Origin: an uncultured Trueperaceae bacterium
GTDB lineage: Bacteria > Deinococcota > Deinococci > Deinococcales > Trueperaceae
Assembly (NCBI GenBank): GCA_963728245.1
Contig: CAVSJH010000001.1
Coordinates: 493,154-557,153 of the forward strand
Length of the DNA stretch: 64,000 bases
Direction: 5' to 3'
This document shows positions 47,456-59,997 of this stretch, in pieces. How positions within the stretch are numbered: the stretch's first letter is position 1; the number at the start of each line of letters is the position of its first letter. Under the pieces are notes generated by a model that was given only the letters and a program-made list of their open reading frames with translations, had not been told where the DNA came from and did no database searches. The translations under genes were made by a program, and so were the position numbers.

Positions 47456-47658
47456 GCGGTCCTTTCGGTGCGCGACCGGCGAGGGTCCCACACGGGGAGG
47501 CGTTCGGGAAGGTGGACGGCGCCCGATGACCGCGCTGCAGGCTACGAAGGCGTTCACGCGGCTCGACCGGCAACGGACTCGGCGAGCCACGCCCCGAGGG
47601 CGCGACGGTCGTGGCAACCTCATGCACCGGGATGCGAGAGGCCCCGGCCGTGGGCGGC

Positions 47659-47688
47659 AGTCTACCAGCGGTTCGCGGGAGGTGTCAA
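47659..47688 (-). promoter_or_regulatory. near-consensus promoter upstream of gltB
   Basis: Minus strand: TTGACA, 18-nt spacer, TAGACT (preceded by TGG). About 200 nt upstream of the gltB ATG. Confidence 0.55.
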
Positions 47689-47802
47689 CGAACGAACGGG
47701 AGTGAACCTGCTCCTAGACGGACATCACGCCGCTCGAGCGGCGCCGCCGCCGTCGGTCCGACGGTCGACGCGGGGTCGCACCAGGTGTTCGCTCGCGCAT
47801 CC

Positions 47803-49455
47803 CTATGCAGGACCGTCGAAACCGGCGTGGGCGGCGACGGCGGTCGGTTCGCCTGCCACGTTCGCTTCGCTCGGCTCGACGCCGTCCGCGAGCAGCTTCG
47901 ACTCGATGGCGTCGAGCAGCGCCTCGTACGAGGCGTCGATGATGTTGCTGTGCGCGCCCACCGTCCCCCAGGTGGTACGGCCGTCGCTGGTCTCGACGTG
48001 GACGCGGACCACGCTGGCGGTGCCCGTGGCGGGTCCGGTCAGCACGCGTACCTTGTAGTCGGTCAGGCGCAGGTCGGCGAGGCTCGGGTAGAAATCGGTC
48101 AGCGCCTTGCGCAGCGCCCGGTCGAGCGCGTTGACGGGCCCGTCTCCGTCGGCGGCGGTGTGCGCCGGCACGCCGCCCACGACCACGCGCACCGTCGCTT
48201 CGCACCGCGGGGCGTCGTCGCCGTCGCGTTTGTCGATCACCACCGTGTAGCCGTGCAGGTCGAAGTACGCCCGATGTTCGCCGCGCAGACGCCGCGCCAC
48301 GAGGCGGAACGACGCCTCCGCGCCCTCGAAGGCGTACCCGAGATGCTCGAGCTCCTTGAGCCGCGCGACCAGCCGCGCGCCCTCTTCGCCCGGACCCGTC
48401 ACCTCCCCCATCGCGACCAGGTTGGCGCGCCCCGAGAGGTCCGAGATCAGCACCCGCCGCTCCTGACCGACGGCCTGAGGTGCCACGTGCTCGTACGTGT
48501 CGGGCCGGCGGTTGACCGCCGACACGTGGATGCCGCCCTTGTGGGCGAAGGCCGCGTCGCCGACGTACGCGCGCCGTACGTTCGGCTCGAGGTTGGCGCG
48601 TTCGTCGACGTACCGCGACAGCGCCCGGAGCTCGTGCAGCGGCTGCGGCTGGTCGGCGCCCAGTTTGAAGACCAAGTTGGCCAGGACCGTGAGCAGGTCG
48701 ACGTTGCCACAGCGCTCGCCGTAGCCGTTGACGGTCCCCTGGACCTGCCGGGCACCCGCCTGCACGGCGGCCAACGCGTTCGCCACGGCCACGCCGGCGT
48801 CGTCGTGCGGATGGATCCCGAAAGTGACGTCCGGATGGCGCGCCATGGCGGCTTCGAGCCCCGCCACCACGTGGTCGGGGAGCGACCCGCCGTTCGTGTC
48901 GCACAAGACGACCGTCCGCGCCCCTCCGGCGATCGCCGCAGCGACCGTCTCGAGCGCGTACGCCGGGTCCGCGCGCCAGCCGTCGTAGTAGTGCTCGGCG
49001 TCGTACACGACCTCGCGCCCCTCGGCCGCCAGGTACGCCACCGAGTCGCGCACCATGGCCACGTTCTCGTCCAGGCTCGCGCCGAGGGCTTCAGTCACGT
49101 GGAGCGGCCAAGATTTTCCGAACACGGTGACCACCGGCGTGGACGCGTCGAGGAGCGCCCGCAGGTTGACGTCGTCTTCGGCCGCGACGCCCTTACGGCG
49201 TGTGGCGCCGAACGCCGTCAGGCGCGCGTGGCGCAAGGGGACGTCGCGCATGCGCTCGAAGAAGGCCACGTCCCGAGGGTTGCTCCCGGGCCAGCCGCCC
49301 TCGATGAGGTCGACGCCGAACGCATCGAGCCGGCGGGCGATCGCGACCTTGTCGTCGCTCGTGAACGTGACGCCCTCGGCCTGGGTCCCATCGCGGAGGG
49401 TGGTGTCGTACAGGGCGATGCGCACACCCGCCAGGGGGAACGGGCCGCCACTCAT
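47803..49455 (-). CDS. cimA: citramalate synthase-type member of the 2-isopropylmalate synthase family
   Basis: ATG 49455 in ORF 47803..49578. LYDTTLRDGTQAEGV, GGWPGSNPRD and a C-terminal LeuA-dimerisation-type domain. Starts 4 nt after the leuA stop. Confidence 0.8.
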   Translation of the reverse strand: MSGGPFPLAGVRIALYDTTLRDGTQAEGVTFTSDDKVAIARRLDAFGVDLIEGGWPGSNPRDVAFFERMRDVPLRHARLTAFGATRRKGVAAEDDVNLRALLDASTPVVTVFGKSWPLHVTEALGASLDENVAMVRDSVAYLAAEGREVVYDAEHYYDGWRADPAYALETVAAAIAGGARTVVLCDTNGGSLPDHVVAGLEAAMARHPDVTFGIHPHDDAGVAVANALAAVQAGARQVQGTVNGYGERCGNVDLLTVLANLVFKLGADQPQPLHELRALSRYVDERANLEPNVRRAYVGDAAFAHKGGIHVSAVNRRPDTYEHVAPQAVGQERRVLISDLSGRANLVAMGEVTGPGEEGARLVARLKELEHLGYAFEGAEASFRLVARRLRGEHRAYFDLHGYTVVIDKRDGDDAPRCEATVRVVVGGVPAHTAADGDGPVNALDRALRKALTDFYPSLADLRLTDYKVRVLTGPATGTASVVRVHVETSDGRTTWGTVGAHSNIIDASYEALLDAIESKLLADGVEPSEANVAGEPTAVAAHAGFDGPA

Positions 49456-49459
49456 CCGT

Positions 49460-51013
49460 TCACCCCACCGCGGCCGGCGCCGTCGCCGACCGACCCACGC
49501 CGGCAGCGAGCTTGTTGAGCACGTCGACGTACGCGGCGGCCGAGGCCTCGACCACGTCGGTCGACAGGCCGCGGCCATGCACCGATCGTCCCTCGCTGCG
49601 CATCCGCACGGTGACCTCGCCCAGCGCGTCCTTGCCGCTGCCGACGCTGCGGATCTCGTAGCTCTCGAGCACCAGCGGGACCTGCGCGATCCGTTCGAGC
49701 GCCTTGTAGACGGCGTCCACGGGTCCGTCTCCCGTCGCCGCCTCTTCGTACGTACCCGTGTCGGTCGTGAGCGTGACGGTGGCCACCGGCGTCATGCGCG
49801 TGCCCGACTGGAACTGCACCGCCTCGAGCACGTACGTGGCCGGCACGCGGGTGGCCTCGACGTCGACCAGGGCCCGGATGTCGTCGCTCGTGACGCTCTG
49901 CTTGCGGTCGCACAGGTCCTTGAAGCGCTTGAAGAGCAGGTTGATCGTCTCGTCGTCGAGGTTGTCGTAGCCGAGGTCGGAGAGCGTCTTGCGGAACGCG
50001 CGCCGCCCCGAGTGCTTGCCCATCACCAGGATGCCGGCTTCGCGTCCGACGGTCTCGGCCGACATGATCTCGTAGGTCTCGACCGCCTTGAGGACACCGT
50101 CCTGATGGATCCCCGCCTCGTGGGTGAAGGCGTTGTCGCCCACCACGGCCTTGTTCGGCGGCACCACCATCCCGGTGTACATCGACACCATCCGGCTCGA
50201 GCGGTACAGCTCACGTGTCTCGATCGACGTGGTGTGCCCCCAGAAGTCGCGCCGCGTGTGGAGCGCCATGACGATCTCCTCGAGCGAGGCGTTGCCCGCA
50301 CGCTCGCCGATGCCGTTGACGGTGCACTCGACCTGGGTCGCCCCCTCGCGGATCCCCGCCAGGCTGTTGACCACCGCCAGCCCGAGGTCGTCGTGGCAGT
50401 GCGTCGAGATGTCGACCCCGCCGATGCCGGGTACCTCGTCGCGCAGGCGTGCGATGAGCGCCCCGTACTCCCATGGGTTCATGTACCCCACGGTGTCCGG
50501 CACGTTGATCACGTTGGCGCCCGCCTCGATCGCGGCCGTGAAGACCTCGATCAGGAAGGCGGGGTTTGAACGGCCCGCGTCCTCGGCGCTGAACTCGACG
50601 TCGTCGACGAAGCTCTTGGCCAGCGTCACCGCTTCGACCGCCCGCTCCAACACCTGCTCGGGACGCAGCTGCAGCTTCTTCTCCATGTGGATCGGGCTGG
50701 TGGCGATGAAGGTGTGGATGCGCGGACGGCCGGCGACCTCGACCGCGCGCGCGGCCCGTTCGACGTCGCCGCGGTTGGCGCGGGCGAGACCGGCGACGAC
50801 CACGCGCGGGTTCTCGACCGTGATGGCCCGGGCGATCTCGCGCACGGCGTCGAAATCGCCATCCGAGGCGACCGGGAAGCCGGCCTCGATGATGTCGACG
50901 CCGAGGCGGGCCAGCTGTCGAGCGATCTCGACCTTCTCACGGACGTTGAGCGCGACGCCCGGCGACTGCTCGCCGTCACGCAGGGTGCTGTCGAAGATCT
51001 TGATGTGCGCCAT
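49460..51013 (-). CDS. leuA: 2-isopropylmalate synthase
   Basis: 517-aa ORF starting [22 protein letters not shown], with [16 protein letters not shown]. Confidence 0.93.
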   Translation of the reverse strand: MAHIKIFDSTLRDGEQSPGVALNVREKVEIARQLARLGVDIIEAGFPVASDGDFDAVREIARAITVENPRVVVAGLARANRGDVERAARAVEVAGRPRIHTFIATSPIHMEKKLQLRPEQVLERAVEAVTLAKSFVDDVEFSAEDAGRSNPAFLIEVFTAAIEAGANVINVPDTVGYMNPWEYGALIARLRDEVPGIGGVDISTHCHDDLGLAVVNSLAGIREGATQVECTVNGIGERAGNASLEEIVMALHTRRDFWGHTTSIETRELYRSSRMVSMYTGMVVPPNKAVVGDNAFTHEAGIHQDGVLKAVETYEIMSAETVGREAGILVMGKHSGRRAFRKTLSDLGYDNLDDETINLLFKRFKDLCDRKQSVTSDDIRALVDVEATRVPATYVLEAVQFQSGTRMTPVATVTLTTDTGTYEEAATGDGPVDAVYKALERIAQVPLVLESYEIRSVGSGKDALGEVTVRMRSEGRSVHGRGLSTDVVEASAAAYVDVLNKLAAGVGRSATAPAAVG

Positions 51014-51234
51014 GGGGATCCTCCATGGGGTCCGCGTTCGGCCGGGTCGACCCGTGAGCGGGTCGGACCGGGAACGTGGAGCGAAGCGGCGGGTGGCGGG
51101 GCGGTGGGGGTGGGACGCGCGTCCTCAGCCGAGGGCCGAGGGCGGCGCGCCCGGGGTTAGTCGTGCGCCGCCATAAGGCCGCCGGCGCCCCGCGCAGGCG
51201 TCGAGCGCCCCGCGCCCCGCGCCACCGCCGCCCA

Positions 51235-52253
<1,019 letters not shown>

Positions 52254-52257
<4 letters not shown>

Positions 52258-52814
52258 GCGGCGCGGGTCTTGGCGGGGGTTCGGTCTTCGCTGGTGCGGG
52301 CGGCGGTGCGCGGCAGGGCCACGCGACCCGTGCGGATCAGCTCGAGGACGCCGTAAGCGCGCATCTGCTCGATGAAGGCGGTCGTCTTGCCCTCGTCGCC
52401 GGTGACCTCGAAGGTCAGGGCGTCGCGCGCCACGTCGACGATGCGGGCGCGGAAGTCTTGGGCGATCTGGCGCATCTCGACGCGGTCGTCGGGGGTGCGC
52501 ACCGCAACCTTGATGAGCATGAGCTCGCGGTCGACGTACGGTCCGTCGGAGTGGTCGATCACCTTCACGACGTCGATGAGTTTCTGGAGTTGCTTCTCCA
52601 TCTGTTCGATCTGGGCGTCCTCCCCCGTCACGACGAAGGTCGTGCGGCTCATGCCCGCCTCGTGGGTCTGGGCGACGGAGAGGGACTCGATGTTGTACCC
52701 GCGCCGGGCGAACAGGCCCGCGATGCGCATCAGCACCCCGGGCTGATCGCGCACGGTGACCGAGAGGACGTGACGGCGAGCGTCGTCGGAACCTCGACCC
52801 GCTGCGTCGCTCAC
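52254..52814 (-). CDS. ilvN: acetolactate synthase small (regulatory) subunit
   Basis: GTG 52814 overlaps the ilvB stop (GTGA). ACT domain [31 protein letters not shown]. Confidence 0.92.
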
Positions 52815-54499
52815 GCGTTCACCGTTTCGTCGTCGTTCGCCTGGTCGCCGAGGATGATCTCGTCGATGCCGGCGCCCGAGGGCATCATCGGGAAGACCTT
52901 CTCGGACTCGTAGACGACGAAGTTGATGAGGGCCGGCTTCTTGGTGGCCAAGACCTCGGGCACCAGACGCGCCGCCGTCTCGCGATCGAACACGTTGAAG
53001 CCGGCGATGCCGTACGCCTCGGCGAGCTTGGCGAAGTCCGGGTTCGAGTCCGCCAGGTAGACCTCCGAGTAGCGTTCGGCGTGGAACATCTCCTGCCACT
53101 GCCGCACCATGCCGAGCATGCCGTTGTTGCAGATCGCGATCACGATGGGCAGCTGGTGCTTGTAGATCGTCGCCAGCTCCTGGATGTTCATCTGCACGCT
53201 ACCGTCGCCTGCGACGCAGACGATGGTCTCGCCCGGCCGGGCGAAGGCGGCGCCGATCGCGGCCGGGAGCCCGAAGCCCATCGTGCCCAGCCCGCCCGAG
53301 CTGATCCACGTGCGCGGTCGGTTCGTGGGGAACAGGCGCGCGGCGAACATCTGGTGCTGGCCGACCTCGGTGGTGACCACGCAATCGCCGCCCGTCTCAC
53401 GGGCCAGGAGGGCGATGACCTCCTGGGACACGAGCGGCTTGTCGGTCTTGTATCGCTCCGGGTACGACGACTTCCAGGCCTGGAGCTGCTCCCACCAGGG
53501 GCCGATCTCGAGCGGCCCGAGCAGTTCCGTGAGCCGCGGCAGCACGTCGCGCAGGTCGCCGACCACGGGCACCGTGGCCTTCACGAGTTTGGAGATCTCG
53601 GCCGGGTCGATGTCGATGTGGACGACGGTGGCGTTCGGCGCGAAACGGCTCAGCTTGCCCGTCACGCGGTCGTCGAAGCGCAAGCCGGCGCCGATGATCA
53701 GGTCGCAGTGGCTGATCGCGCGGTTCGAGGTGACCGTGCCGTGCATGCCCGGCATGCCGAGCGACTGCGCTTCACCGGCCGGGAACGCGCCGATCCCCAT
53801 CAGCGTCGTGATCACGGGGACGCCCGTGGCCCGGGCGAAGGCGTCGACCTCGTCGGCGGCCACTTGCGCGCCGCCCCCCACCATCAGCACCGGGCGCTCG
53901 GCCGCGCGGATCGCTTCGGCCGCGCGTTTGATCTGGCGCGCGTTGCCGATGACCGTCGGTCGGTAGCCGGGGAGGTCGATCTCGACCTCGAAGGAACCCT
54001 CGAAGAGTGCTTGTTGGATGTCCTTCGGGACGTCCACGAGCACGGGACCGGGTCGTCCGGTCCGGGCGATGTGGAACGCTTCGGCGAAGATCCGCGGGAT
54101 GTCGGCGACGTCCTTCACGAGGTAGTTGTGCTTCGTCACGGGCAACGTGATGCCGGTGACGTCGGCCTCTTGGAAAGCGTCGGTGCCGATGAGCGACAGG
54201 GGCACGTTGCCGGTGACGGCCACCATGGCCGACGAGTCCATGAACGCCGTCGCCAGCCCCGTGACGAGGTTCGTGGCGCCCGGTCCCGAGGTGGCGAAAC
54301 AGACGCCCACCCGGCCGCTCGCCCGGTAGTAGGCGTCGGCCGCATGCGCGCCCGCCTGTTCGTGGCGGACGAGCACGTGCTTGATGGGCGAGTCGTAGAG
54401 GGCGTCGTAGATCGGCATGATGGCTCCGCCGGGGTGGCCGAAGACGGTCGTCACACCTTGTCGTTCGAGTGCTTTGAGGACGGCGGCAGCACCGTTCAT
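52811..54499 (-). CDS. ilvB: acetolactate synthase large subunit
   Basis: 562-aa ORF. ThDP motif [16 protein letters not shown]...[20 protein letters not shown] upstream. Confidence 0.96.
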   Translation of the reverse strand: MNGAAAVLKALERQGVTTVFGHPGGAIMPIYDALYDSPIKHVLVRHEQAGAHAADAYYRASGRVGVCFATSGPGATNLVTGLATAFMDSSAMVAVTGNVPLSLIGTDAFQEADVTGITLPVTKHNYLVKDVADIPRIFAEAFHIARTGRPGPVLVDVPKDIQQALFEGSFEVEIDLPGYRPTVIGNARQIKRAAEAIRAAERPVLMVGGGAQVAADEVDAFARATGVPVITTLMGIGAFPAGEAQSLGMPGMHGTVTSNRAISHCDLIIGAGLRFDDRVTGKLSRFAPNATVVHIDIDPAEISKLVKATVPVVGDLRDVLPRLTELLGPLEIGPWWEQLQAWKSSYPERYKTDKPLVSQEVIALLARETGGDCVVTTEVGQHQMFAARLFPTNRPRTWISSGGLGTMGFGLPAAIGAAFARPGETIVCVAGDGSVQMNIQELATIYKHQLPIVIAICNNGMLGMVRQWQEMFHAERYSEVYLADSNPDFAKLAEAYGIAGFNVFDRETAARLVPEVLATKKPALINFVVYESEKVFPMMPSGAGIDEIILGDQANDDETVNA

Positions 54500-54570
54500 G
54501 CGGATCCTCCTCGAGAGCGTGCGAAACCGGCTGGGCGGCCGGGTTCGACGGCATGCGGCGATCGCCTACG

Positions 54571-54604
54571 CGAAACCCCGCCAGGTCCATGACCGTGGCG
54601 GGGT
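54571..54604 (-). terminator. attenuator-like hairpin in the ilvB leader
   Basis: Minus strand: ACCCCGCCA-(inner GGTC-ATG-GACC)-TGGCGGGGT followed by TTCGCG. A second hairpin ending GGTTTCGC lies at 54521-54547. Confidence 0.4.
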
Positions 54605-54730
54605 CCAGTGTGGTCGACCGCGTGCGGTGAACCTACGCCGGTGGCCCCTTTCGTCCTAGGCGCGAGACGCCCACCTCGAGTGAGGCGGGAACCGCGACGG
54701 GGACGGGGTGGGCAAGGTTCATCGCCGCGG

Positions 54731-54759
54731 AGTATACGGGGTGCTATGCTCGGTGTCAA
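54731..54759 (-). promoter_or_regulatory. near-consensus sigma-70-type promoter of the ilvBNC-leuA-cimA operon
   Basis: Minus strand: TTGACA (54759-54754), exactly 17-nt spacer, TATACT (54736-54731). About 230 nt upstream of the ilvB ATG. Confidence 0.65.
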
Positions 54760-54821
54760 CCGTTCGATCGCGCGGTGCACCGTCCTGGTCGCTGATCTCG
54801 CCCTCTCGCAGGAGGCCCGCC

Positions 54822-55145
54822 ATGGAAACCCTTCGCGTCTCCGCCGCCTCCCGACCCAACGCGGTCGCGGGCGCCATCGCGGCGTTGCTCCGCAGTCAAG
54901 GCGTCGTCGAGGTCCAGGCGATCGGACCGAACGCCGTCAACCAAGCCGTCAAGGCGCTGGCGATCGCGCGCGCCTACCTCGAAGGCGACACGCTCGACCT
55001 GACCGCCGTCCCCGGCTTCGTCAAGCTGAGCCTCCACGACGAGGAACGCACGGCCGTCCGGTTCGACGTCACGGCCGTACCCCGTGGGTCGTCCGCCAAG
55101 CCGTCCACGGCGCACGACGACGACGGGCCCGCCACCGGCTCCTAG
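54822..55145 (+). CDS. spoVS: SpoVS-family protein
   Basis: ATG 54822 preceded by AGGAGG. METLRVSAASRPNAVAGAIAALLRSQGVVEVQAIGPNAVNQAVKALAIARAYL is the hallmark SpoVS sequence. About 20 extra C-terminal residues. Confidence 0.88.
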   Translation: METLRVSAASRPNAVAGAIAALLRSQGVVEVQAIGPNAVNQAVKALAIARAYLEGDTLDLTAVPGFVKLSLHDEERTAVRFDVTAVPRGSSAKPSTAHDDDGPATGS

Positions 55146-55182
55146 GCGAGCGTCGCGCCGGAAGCCGTTCCTCGGGCCGGCG

Positions 55183-55188
55183 TAGGCT
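55183..55188 (+). promoter_or_regulatory. -10 box (TAGGCT) 6 nt upstream of the rsmB GTG (leaderless candidate)
   Basis: GCGTAGGCT-gggcgt-GTG. No SD. Confidence 0.45.
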
Positions 55189-55194
55189 GGGCGT

Positions 55195-56535
55195 GTGAGC
55201 GCCCACGCCCGACCCGACCTCAGGCCCAGCGAACCCCGCGAGGCCGCCCTGGCCGCCCTGGCCGCCGTGATGGTCGAGGGCGACCGGGCCACGGTCGCCC
55301 TCGACCGGGTCCTCGCGCGGCTGCACGACGGCGCCTCGCGCTCGTTCGTGACCGACCTCGTCTATGGCACGTTGCGCTGGGCGCCGGCGCTCGACCTCGC
55401 GCTCGGCGTCCACTTGCGGGACGCCGACGCCCTCCCGCCGCGCGTGCGACTGGCGTTGCGACTGGGTGCGTACGAGCGCGCCGTACGCCGCACGCCCGCC
55501 CACGCGGCCGTCCACGCGTGGGTCGAGCTGGTCAAGCGGAGCGACGGACCGGAGCGCCGCCTCGCGGGTCTGACGAACGCGGTGCTGCGCAAGGTCGACC
55601 TGGCCGACGCCGAGCGCATCGGCGGGGCGGCCGGCGCGGTCGCGCTCCCGCCCGCGCTCTGGACGCACCTGGCGTCGGCGCTCGGCGAGGAGGACGCGGC
55701 GGCGGCGGCGCGCGCGATGCTGGCGCCCGGTCCGCTCTGGTTGACGACCTTCGGCACCGGCGCGGTCGCGGCGCTCGAAGCGGAAGGCGCCGAGGTCCGC
55801 CCCGGACCGCTGCCCGCGTCGTGGTCGGTGCGGCCCCACCGACCTCTGGGCGAGCTGACGGCGTTCCGGGACGGGTCGGTGCAGCCGCAGAACCCGTCCT
55901 CGGCCGCGGTGGTCGCCGCCCTCGGCGACGTCGCAGGGCGACGCGTGCTCGACGTCGGCTCCGGCCACGGCGCCAAGGCCGCACAGTTGGCGGCCGCGGG
56001 GGCGGAGGTCGTGGCCGTCGAGCTCGACCCGCGGCGGTCGGCCACCGGCCGCCACAACCTCGCGCGCCTGGGCCACGTCGTCACCCACGTCGTCGCGGAC
56101 GCCACCCAGCCGCTCGACGACGTCCCGTGGGCCGACGCCGCGCTGCTGGACGCGCCGTGCACGGGCACCGGGACCCTGCGGGGCCATCCCGAGATCAAAC
56201 TTCGCTGGCGCCCCGAGGGCGCGCGGGCGGCGGCCCAGCGTCAAGGTGCCATGCTCCGACACGTCGCCGCGCGGGTGCGCCCGGGCGGCCGTCTCGCGTA
56301 CGCCGTCTGCGCGCTGGGGCGCGAGGAGGCCGAGGACGTCGTCGAGGCCTTCCTGGCCGACCACCCCGAGTGGCGGTCGGTGCCCATCGACCTGCCGCTC
56401 GCCACCCGGGCGGCGTCCGTCGGCGTTCGGATCCTCCCCACCGAGGCGGGGCTCGACGGCTTCTACGTCGCCGCCCTCGAACGCGCCGGCGAAAGCGAAC
56501 CGGACGACCGGCCGGCTCCGCCGGCGCAGGGCTGA
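55195..56535 (+). CDS. rsmB: 16S rRNA m5C methyltransferase RsmB/Sun family
   Basis: 446-aa ORF with an N-terminal NusB-like region and a SAM MTase core (VLDVGSGHGAKAAQLA...LLDAPCTGTGTLRGHPE...AVCAL). Confidence 0.88.
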   Translation: MSAHARPDLRPSEPREAALAALAAVMVEGDRATVALDRVLARLHDGASRSFVTDLVYGTLRWAPALDLALGVHLRDADALPPRVRLALRLGAYERAVRRTPAHAAVHAWVELVKRSDGPERRLAGLTNAVLRKVDLADAERIGGAAGAVALPPALWTHLASALGEEDAAAAARAMLAPGPLWLTTFGTGAVAALEAEGAEVRPGPLPASWSVRPHRPLGELTAFRDGSVQPQNPSSAAVVAALGDVAGRRVLDVGSGHGAKAAQLAAAGAEVVAVELDPRRSATGRHNLARLGHVVTHVVADATQPLDDVPWADAALLDAPCTGTGTLRGHPEIKLRWRPEGARAAAQRQGAMLRHVAARVRPGGRLAYAVCALGREEAEDVVEAFLADHPEWRSVPIDLPLATRAASVGVRILPTEAGLDGFYVAALERAGESEPDDRPAPPAQG

Positions 56536-56540
56536 GCCCG

Positions 56541-57443
56541 ATGGCGGCTCCCGAACTCGTCGCCCTCTCCGAACGCGTCCACCTGCTGCTCGGTGCGGTC
56601 AACGTCGTGCTGGTCGTCGAGCCGGGCTCGCGGCCCCGCAGGGCGATCGCCATCGATTCGGGCCAGGGCAAGGAGGGCGGTCGCCGCCTGCGCCGCGCCG
56701 TCGAGTCGTTGGGCGTCGAGCTGGTCGCCCTGGTGACCACGCATGCCCACGCCGACCATTTCGGCGGGCACGCCTATCTGCTGCGGCAGCGGCGCATCCC
56801 CGTCCTGGCACCGCCCCTCGAGGCGGAGCTCATGCGAGCACCGGCGCTCGAACCGATCTACCTCTTCCACGGCGCCGCCGCTCTCGACGAACTGCGCACG
56901 AGCTGGCTGCAGGCCGAACCGTCGCCCGTCGACCGCGTCGTCGAGGCCGGGCCCCTCGAGGTCGAGGGGTTCGAGGTCCGGCTGCACGACGTTTCGGGGC
57001 ACGCCCACCGGCAGCTCGCCGTCGAGGTGGACGACGTGCTCGTCGCCGCCGACGCCGTGTTCGGCGCCGAGACCCTCGCGAAGTACCCGATCCCCTTCGG
57101 TCAAGACGCCGCCCGCCAGAGCGTGGCGGCCGCGTGGGTGGCCGAGCATCCGGCGCGCCTGGCGGTGCCCGGGCACGGCGCACCCGGGCGTCCGGCCGAA
57201 CTCGCTGCCGCCACGCTCGCCGCCCTCGATCGCGTGCGGTCGGCGGTCGCGGCGGCCGCCGACGGTGTCGACGGTGGGGAGGTGGTGGCCCGGGTGGCCG
57301 CCGCCCTCGACGTCCCCGAGCCCGACCTGGCGCGTTGGCACCTGAACCACACCACCGTCCACGCACACCTGGCCGCCCTCCGGGGCGAGGGCCGGGTCGA
57401 CGTGCGGCTCGTCGGCCACCGGCTGCTGTGGGGGACGCCGTGA
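56541..57443 (+). CDS. MBL-fold metallo-hydrolase
   Basis: ATG 56541 in ORF 55518..57443. Metal motif THAHADHFGG, later HDVSGHA and PGHG. Confidence 0.85.
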   Translation: MAAPELVALSERVHLLLGAVNVVLVVEPGSRPRRAIAIDSGQGKEGGRRLRRAVESLGVELVALVTTHAHADHFGGHAYLLRQRRIPVLAPPLEAELMRAPALEPIYLFHGAAALDELRTSWLQAEPSPVDRVVEAGPLEVEGFEVRLHDVSGHAHRQLAVEVDDVLVAADAVFGAETLAKYPIPFGQDAARQSVAAAWVAEHPARLAVPGHGAPGRPAELAAATLAALDRVRSAVAAAADGVDGGEVVARVAAALDVPEPDLARWHLNHTTVHAHLAALRGEGRVDVRLVGHRLLWGTP

Positions 57444-57572
57444 GCGGGCGAGTCCGGCCGCGCGACCACGCCATGTAAGCTCGCTTACGAAACGCGTCCT
57501 GGAGCGGCCTCCTGAAGGCTGGAGGTCAGCCCGCTTACCGACCGCACGCGTTCGGCGTTGTCTCATGACGCC

Positions 57573-59954
<2,382 letters not shown>

Positions 59955-59969
<15 letters not shown>

Positions 59970-59988
59970 CACCCCAGGTCCAGTGACG
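59955..59988 (+). repeat. tandem 17-bp duplication spanning the lon stop codon
   Basis: CCCCAGGTCCAGTGACA (59955-59971) then CCCCAGGTCCAGTGACG (59972-59988). The first copy contains the lon TGA. Confidence 0.9.
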
Positions 59989-59997
59989 CCGGTGCGG

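Noticed and set aside
47456-47623. Upstream in-frame ATG extending gltB by 56 aa
   Set aside because: The extension is an Arg/Pro/Ser-rich sequence unlike any GltB N-terminus. ATG 47455 has an AAAGGA SD and places the catalytic Cys (DACGVGF) at the usual short distance from the start.
44201-48058. 1285-aa + strand ORF covering most of the gltB locus. Other very long ORFs of the same kind include 2729..4825, 7221..8807, 14901..16850 and 31696..33807.
   Set aside because: They lie antisense or out of frame to genes with clear family motifs. Their translations are dominated by Arg/Gly/Pro/Ala/His/Asp with no motifs. This is the usual stop-poor shadow-ORF effect at about 70 percent GC.
54708-54821. 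Upstream extension of the spoVS ORF (track start 54708)
   Set aside because: The SpoVS family sequence begins at METLRV (ATG 54822), which has an AGGAGG SD. The extension overlaps the ilvB promoter region and has no homology-like features.
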